A stretch of 64,000 nucleotides of DNA from Bacteroidales bacterium (GTDB lineage Bacteria; Bacteroidota; Bacteroidia; Bacteroidales; UBA932). The stretch's first letter is position 1; each line of letters begins with the position of its first letter. Positions 58,954 through 64,000 of this stretch are shown in pieces. The stretch is taken from assembly GCA_017617495.1 (NCBI GenBank), contig JAFZWD010000032.1:4709-68708 (forward strand), read 5' to 3'. The notes under the pieces were generated by a model that was not told the DNA's origin, did no database searches, and saw only the letters and a program-made list of their open reading frames with translations. Both the position numbers and the translations under genes were made by a program.

Positions 58954-59492
58954 GGCTCGCTAATCACTTTATCCATAAGGAGATCGTGGGCGTCCATGGG
59001 GATGTCCTCACGCAGCAATGCCTTGAAGCAAAGGCAGATGCGCTTCGCGCCGATGGGAGAAAGGAAGCGGTCGTAATATCCGGCCCCGTGGCCCAGGCGC
59101 CTGCCGTCGGAGCTGGCGGCAACGCAGGGGACGATGGCAAGGTCAATATCCTCCGGGGCCACTTCCGGAAGGCCCTCGGACGGCTCGGGAATGCCGTAGG
59201 CGCCCGGACGGAGATCATCGAGGGAGGAGATGCGGACCGCCTTCATAATGCCTTTTCCTATGCATTTGGGCACGCACAGCACCTTTCCCGACGCGATGGC
59301 ATCGGCCAGAATGGCCCGGGTATCGGGCTCGCCCGCGGTGGCTGCATAGCAGAAAACGGTGCCTGCCGCCCTGTAGGCAGGGTCGGAGAGCAGGATACCG
59401 GCTATGGCGGCACTTGCGGATGCCGCGTTTATGGCATCCGGCGCATTCAGCTTAGCAGCTTTTCTTATTTCCGCCTTGGTTTCAGCAATCAT
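58950..59492 (-). CDS. 5-formyltetrahydrofolate cyclo-ligase
   Basis: GAYGIPEP, IVPCVA, RLGHGAGYYDRFL. Confidence 0.9.
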   Translation of the reverse strand: MIAETKAEIRKAAKLNAPDAINAASASAAIAGILLSDPAYRAAGTVFCYAATAGEPDTRAILADAIASGKVLCVPKCIGKGIMKAVRISSLDDLRPGAYGIPEPSEGLPEVAPEDIDLAIVPCVAASSDGRRLGHGAGYYDRFLSPIGAKRICLCFKALLREDIPMDAHDLLMDKVISEP

Positions 59493-59572
59493 CGCAGGAC
59501 AAAAATAACGCTTTTCTGCAATTATTAGAAAAAATAGACTACCTTTGCCAGCGCAATCGAAAACTTAAAGTT

Positions 59573-61072
59573 ATGAAAAAACAACTTCTAACCGTTGCGG
59601 CAACGGTCCTTATGGGCTACTCCGCATTTGCAGGCGGGTATCTCGCCAACACCAATCAGAACGCAGCATTTTTACGCAATCCCGCCCAGGGAGCAACTAT
59701 TTCCGTGCAGGGTGCATATTCCAACCCCGCGGGCGTCGGTTTCCTCGACCATGGCTGGTATCTGGGCCTCAATATACAGAACGCACGCCAGACGCGCGAA
59801 ATCGAATCCACCTACGCGCCCTTTGCCCTCGGAATCAAGAACGAAGGCAGCGACAAAGTGAAATATGTGGGCAAGACCTACGCTCCCGTAATCCCTTCCT
59901 TCGACCTCGCATACGTGCATAACGAGCACTTCTTCGGCTCGTTCCACTTCGGCATCACCAGCGGCGGCGGAAAGGCCGTTTTCGACAACGGACTCGGTTC
60001 CTTCGAGAGCCAGATAGCAATTATCGCGGCGACTCTCAACGGCATGGCTAACGCCAACGCATTCAAATACGACGCCGATATCGACATGACCGGCGAGCAG
60101 TACAACTACTCCGGACAGCTGAACCTCGGTTACCGTCTGAACGACAACCTGAGTTTCTCCGCCGGACTGCGCGTGAGCTACCTGAGCAATCATTTCGATG
60201 CCAATATCAAGAATGTTCAGCTGAAGTATCTGGATCAGCCTGCCGCTCCTGCGGCCGAAGTGATACTCGCTGCTTTCGCCAACAGCGGCATGAACTTTAA
60301 CGACCAGCAGAAGGCTGCGGTGCGCGGCATGTTCGCAGACCGTCAGCTCGACTGCAGCCAGAGTGCCGTCGCTTTCGCCCCTGTGCTCGGTGTCGACTAT
60401 AAGACGGGGCCCCTGAATGTGGCAGCCCGCTATGAATTCAATACAAGCGTGCGCCTGAAGAACAAGACTGCCGAGGGCAAGGACGCCGGCCTGGCACAGT
60501 ACAAGGACGGCCGCGACGACATAGCTAACGATATCCCTGCAATGCTGGTGGTCGCCGCTCAGTATTCTGTTCTCGAGAATCTCCGCGTGAGCGCCCAGTT
60601 CAACCATTATTTCGAGAAGCAGAGCAAGGTTTACAACCCTATATCCGACAAGAACGACAGAACCAAGCTCATCACAAGCAACAGCTCCGAGGTTCTCGGC
60701 GGCATCGAGTGGGACCCCGTCGAGAAGCTGACCGTGAGCTGCGGTGCGCAGTATTTCTTCTGGAAGGGTGACGACGAAGAATTCCAGAACGACCAGTGCA
60801 TCAACCCCGACGTGCTTTCTGTCGGCGGCGGTTTCCGCTACAAATTCAACGAGAAGCTCAGCGTCGACCTCTCAGTGTTCAATTCGTTCTACACTCATGC
60901 GACCAAGGAGATGGCAGACTATAACGGGGTAGGCATGAACACGGCTACTAAACTCAGGGCGCTCGGCCTTCCCAATGCCGCTGTCCCCAGTGACAAGATG
61001 CTCCTGCCCGGCACCGACCGCTACCATCGCACCAGCTTTGTGCTCGGCCTGGGAATCAATTACAATTTCTAG
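59573..61072 (+). CDS. FadL/OmpP1-like outer-membrane transporter
   Basis: Signal peptide, GGYLANTNQN, SNPAG, GLGSFE, terminal YNF. Confidence 0.8.
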   Translation: MKKQLLTVAATVLMGYSAFAGGYLANTNQNAAFLRNPAQGATISVQGAYSNPAGVGFLDHGWYLGLNIQNARQTREIESTYAPFALGIKNEGSDKVKYVGKTYAPVIPSFDLAYVHNEHFFGSFHFGITSGGGKAVFDNGLGSFESQIAIIAATLNGMANANAFKYDADIDMTGEQYNYSGQLNLGYRLNDNLSFSAGLRVSYLSNHFDANIKNVQLKYLDQPAAPAAEVILAAFANSGMNFNDQQKAAVRGMFADRQLDCSQSAVAFAPVLGVDYKTGPLNVAARYEFNTSVRLKNKTAEGKDAGLAQYKDGRDDIANDIPAMLVVAAQYSVLENLRVSAQFNHYFEKQSKVYNPISDKNDRTKLITSNSSEVLGGIEWDPVEKLTVSCGAQYFFWKGDDEEFQNDQCINPDVLSVGGGFRYKFNEKLSVDLSVFNSFYTHATKEMADYNGVGMNTATKLRALGLPNAAVPSDKMLLPGTDRYHRTSFVLGLGINYNF

Positions 61073-61091
61073 ACGAATTTTTAGTATCTTT

Positions 61092-61123
61092 ACGGTCGTT
61101 CGGGATTCCGGACGACCGTTTTT
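61092..61123 (+). terminator. Intrinsic terminator between the OMP gene and sod
   Basis: ACGGTCGTTCGG-GATT-CCGGACGACCGT-TTTT. Confidence 0.75.
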
Positions 61124-61140
61124 CTTTAAAATACCGCATC

Positions 61141-61725
61141 ATGAGCTTTGAACTGATCCAATTACCCTACGCTCCCGACGCCCTGGAGCCTGTACTTAGT
61201 GCCGAAACCATCGGCCTGCACCATGGAAAGCATCTGCAGACCTACGTAAACAATCTTAACAGGCTTCTGCCCGACAGCGGCTTCGAGGATCTCGAACTCG
61301 AGGACATCGTGGAGACATCCACGGGAGCCATATTCAACAACGCAGGACAGATTCTGAACCACAACCTTTATTTCCTGCAGCTCAAGTCTCCGGCGGAGAA
61401 CAATCTCCCCGTAGGTAAGCTGGCGGAAGCCATAGATGCCCAGTTCGGCTCTTTCGAGGCCTTCAAGGAGCAGTTCACCGGCAATGCCGCGGCTTTATTC
61501 GGCTCCGGCTGGTGCTGGCTGGCATGCGACACGGACGGTAAACTCAGCATCATCAAGGAGAGCAACGCGGGCAACCCCGTTACAAAGAAGCTGAAACCGC
61601 TGCTCACCATCGATGTGTGGGAGCATGCTTACTATGTCGATTACCGTAATCGCCGTCCGGAGTACATTGCGGCCTTCTGGAAGATTATCGACTGGAACGT
61701 AATTGAAGAACGATTTCTTCACTGA
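61141..61725 (+). CDS. sod: Fe/Mn superoxide dismutase (Bacteroides-like, possibly cambialistic)
   Basis: LPYAPDALEP, HHGKH, FNNAGQILNH, FGSGWCWL, DVWEHAYY. Confidence 0.95.
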   Translation: MSFELIQLPYAPDALEPVLSAETIGLHHGKHLQTYVNNLNRLLPDSGFEDLELEDIVETSTGAIFNNAGQILNHNLYFLQLKSPAENNLPVGKLAEAIDAQFGSFEAFKEQFTGNAAALFGSGWCWLACDTDGKLSIIKESNAGNPVTKKLKPLLTIDVWEHAYYVDYRNRRPEYIAAFWKIIDWNVIEERFLH

Positions 61726-62329
61726 TTTTCTTTAGCGCGGAACCGTCACGAATGAGGGCCCTCAGGGCCTCCAGGCGGGCGGCATTGGGGGATTCCGGTA
61801 TCCAGAGGCGAAGGTAGCCGTCGTCGCCGTATTTCTCGCGCAGATGGGCGATGCAGCGCTGTTTGTGAGCCTCGATGTCGTAATCGGGGTAATGCGAGAG
61901 GCTGTACTGCACCGTGCGGCGGATAACGGTCCCGGGGTCTATCAGCCTGTCGGCCTCCGCAACAATACGCCCGTAGATGCTGCGCGGTTCGCTGCCGGAC
62001 GATGCGCGGTGGTCCTCGGCGGCCTGCGCGATTATTTCTATCTGCTCCGGGCTGAACCAGCGGGGGAGTTCGGCATCGGTGCGGATAATCTCGCCGGACA
62101 CCAGATGATGCCTCTCACGGCCGTCCCTGAGGCCGGTATCGTGAAAAGCCGCGGCGGCATAAACCATATTCGGATTCACGTCGTAATAACGGCAGAAATC
62201 CAGCGCCTGGGCAATCACGCTTTGTGCATGGTCGCGCCGGTGTCCAGCGTCGAAGCCATCGTAGATGGGGATGATTTTCCCCTCCACATACAGCTTTAGC
62301 TGAGGATTGATATTTAAACTGCTTCGCAC
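61685..62329 (-). CDS. HD-domain phosphohydrolase
   Basis: HRRDH, FHDTG, EDHRAS, AEADR. Confidence 0.85.
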   Translation of the reverse strand: MRSSLNINPQLKLYVEGKIIPIYDGFDAGHRRDHAQSVIAQALDFCRYYDVNPNMVYAAAAFHDTGLRDGRERHHLVSGEIIRTDAELPRWFSPEQIEIIAQAAEDHRASSGSEPRSIYGRIVAEADRLIDPGTVIRRTVQYSLSHYPDYDIEAHKQRCIAHLREKYGDDGYLRLWIPESPNAARLEALRALIRDGSALKKISEEIVLQLRSSR

Positions 62330-62379
62330 CTTGCTAATTTACGAAAAATTTTACGAAATTTGCAGGAAACGTAAAGACG

Positions 62380-63303
62380 ATGACCAATTACCTTAAACCT
62401 CTTGCCACGGTCAAATTCTGGAAGGAACTTCTGATAATGACCCTTGGCATGTCTTTCGGTGCGGCGGCAGTGTACTATTTCCTGATGCCCAGCAAACTTA
62501 TTATCGGCAGCATGTCCGGTCTTTCCATCGTGCTGGCCGAAGTGCTCGGCGGATGGGGCATAAGCGTCAAGGTATCCACGTTGATTCTCATTATTAACGC
62601 ATTCCTGCTGGTGCTGGCCTGGGTGCTAATCGGCTCCGAATTCGGGGCCAAGACGGTCTACACCGCCCTTATCCTGGGTCCGCTGGTGGACATGTGGGCA
62701 AAGATTCTCCCGGTGGAGAAGGTGCTGGACGGCGGAGTGTCGGTAATGAACGACCCCTGGCTGGACCTTGTCTGCTTCGTGCTCATGCTGAGCATCTCCC
62801 AGGCAATCCTCTTCAGGATCAACGCATCCACCGGTGGGCTGGACATCGTCGCCAAGATCATCAACAAATACGTGCACATCGACATAGGCACTTCCGTCAC
62901 GGTGGCGGGCGCCCTCATCTGCTGCACGGCCTTCGCCATCAACCCCTTCAGGATGGTTGTAATCGGCCTTATAGGCACCTGGATCAACGGCATGGCGGTG
63001 GATTACTTCTCCGATACACTCAACAAGCGCAAGCGCGTCTGCATAATCAGCGAAGACCACGAACAGATCCGCAAGTTCATAGTTGAGAAGCTGGAACGCG
63101 GCTGCAGCATATATCATCTGGAGGGCGGCTACTCCGGCAAACCCCATGTGGAAGTGGTGTCGCTGCTTACCCAGCAGGAATATGCCGCGCTGTTCGATTT
63201 TATGAAGTCCGCGGGTATCGACGGCTTTATGACCGCCGGTAACGTGAGCGAAATCTACGGCAGCTGGCATACCAAAACCCATCATCATTCAGAAAAAGAA
63301 TAA
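62380..63303 (+). CDS. YitT-family membrane protein
   Basis: SGLSIVL, EFGAKTVY, STGGLDI, DUF2179-like C-terminus (GGYSG). Confidence 0.87.
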   Translation: MTNYLKPLATVKFWKELLIMTLGMSFGAAAVYYFLMPSKLIIGSMSGLSIVLAEVLGGWGISVKVSTLILIINAFLLVLAWVLIGSEFGAKTVYTALILGPLVDMWAKILPVEKVLDGGVSVMNDPWLDLVCFVLMLSISQAILFRINASTGGLDIVAKIINKYVHIDIGTSVTVAGALICCTAFAINPFRMVVIGLIGTWINGMAVDYFSDTLNKRKRVCIISEDHEQIRKFIVEKLERGCSIYHLEGGYSGKPHVEVVSLLTQQEYAALFDFMKSAGIDGFMTAGNVSEIYGSWHTKTHHHSEKE

Positions 63304-63308
63304 CGACT

Positions 63309-64000
63309 ATGCCCGATAAAAAGACAGTATTGGAACTCCCCGAATTCCAGCGCATGCTGGGACTCAAGGGCTTCATCGGCAGATGGATAGCCAAGGGGAT
63401 TTTCAAGATGCTGGAAATAGAAAAGATCAATGCCCTGCAGGCGAAGTATCCCGACATTACGGGCCCCGAGCTTGCCGGCATCATCCTCGAAGAGGTGGGG
63501 ATCAAGTGCGAGGTGCCTCAGGAGCAGCTCGCGCTCATCCCGAAGGAAGGCGGCTTCGTAACCGTTTCCAACCATCCAATAGGCAGCCTGGACGGCATTA
63601 TGCTCCTGAACGTGGTGGGCGGCCAGCGTCCGGACTTCAAGATCCTCACGACCTTCCTGCTGGCGCTGATTCCCGGCCTCAAGGACAGCTTCATACCGGT
63701 CGACAACCTCTCCAAAGGCGATCCGCGCAGTGTTTCCGGCATACGTGCGGCGTTCAGCCACATGAACGAGCAGCATCCGCTCGGACTTTTCCCGTCGGGC
63801 GAAGTGTCCACCTACCAGCCGCGCAGGAACCGCACAGCCCCCGGGGATGCCAAAATAGTCGAAGACATCCCCTGGAAAGCCAATATCATCAAGGTTATCC
63901 GCAATTCCGGCCTGCCGGTAGTGCCCATTTACTTCGAGGGCGAGAACTCCAGGTTCTTCCATTTCCTGGGCAAGATTCACCCGCGCCTCCGCACCGTGCG
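63309..64000 (+). CDS. Lysophospholipid acyltransferase-family protein (partial, runs off the window)
   Basis: Own translation from ATG 63309: SNHPIGSLDG (His/Asp acyltransferase motif), LFPSGEVS, VVPIYFEGENS; no stop before the window end. Confidence 0.82.
   Translation, partial: MPDKKTVLELPEFQRMLGLKGFIGRWIAKGIFKMLEIEKINALQAKYPDITGPELAGIILEEVGIKCEVPQEQLALIPKEGGFVTVSNHPIGSLDGIMLLNVVGGQRPDFKILTTFLLALIPGLKDSFIPVDNLSKGDPRSVSGIRAAFSHMNEQHPLGLFPSGEVSTYQPRRNRTAPGDAKIVEDIPWKANIIKVIRNSGLPVVPIYFEGENSRFFHFLGKIHPRLRTV

Noticed and set aside
63285-63980. Minus-strand 231-aa ORF
   Set aside because: Antisense to the plus-strand acyltransferase starting at 63309.

Overview
A compact, GC-rich Bacteroidales chromosomal segment. 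Evidence for the lineage: TAnnTTTG -7 promoters, a short 286-aa primary sigma factor and a Bacteroidetes-type SRP RNA; a rumen/gut RC9/Cryptobacteroides-like placement is inference. The content is mostly housekeeping: RNA-modification genes (mtaB, tsaD, mnmA, trmO, two HI0933/YhiN flavoproteins), tamB, dnaN, rpoD, argS, tex, two tRNAs, SRP RNA, an Hdr-like Fe-S/flavin operon, trpB2, upp, a split-P glycine cleavage operon, porin+potABCD, fprA, pncB and sod. No transposase, integrase, prophage or CRISPR was seen. The most striking signal is a set of ~85-125 bp palindromic elements. One family occurs four times, with a conserved 20-bp core but covarying outer stems: three copies sit at convergent gene junctions and one is in frame inside mnmA. 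Three further palindromic inserts lie in frame inside mtaB and both YhiN-family genes, so every coding host is a known or probable RNA-modification enzyme. This resembles Rickettsia palindromic elements (RPE). Other notable items: a coiled-coil/Ala-rich-GH88 fusion, an sHdr/HdrF-like operon, a membrane LytTR regulator with direct repeats and a candidate sRNA, and many near-leaderless promoters.
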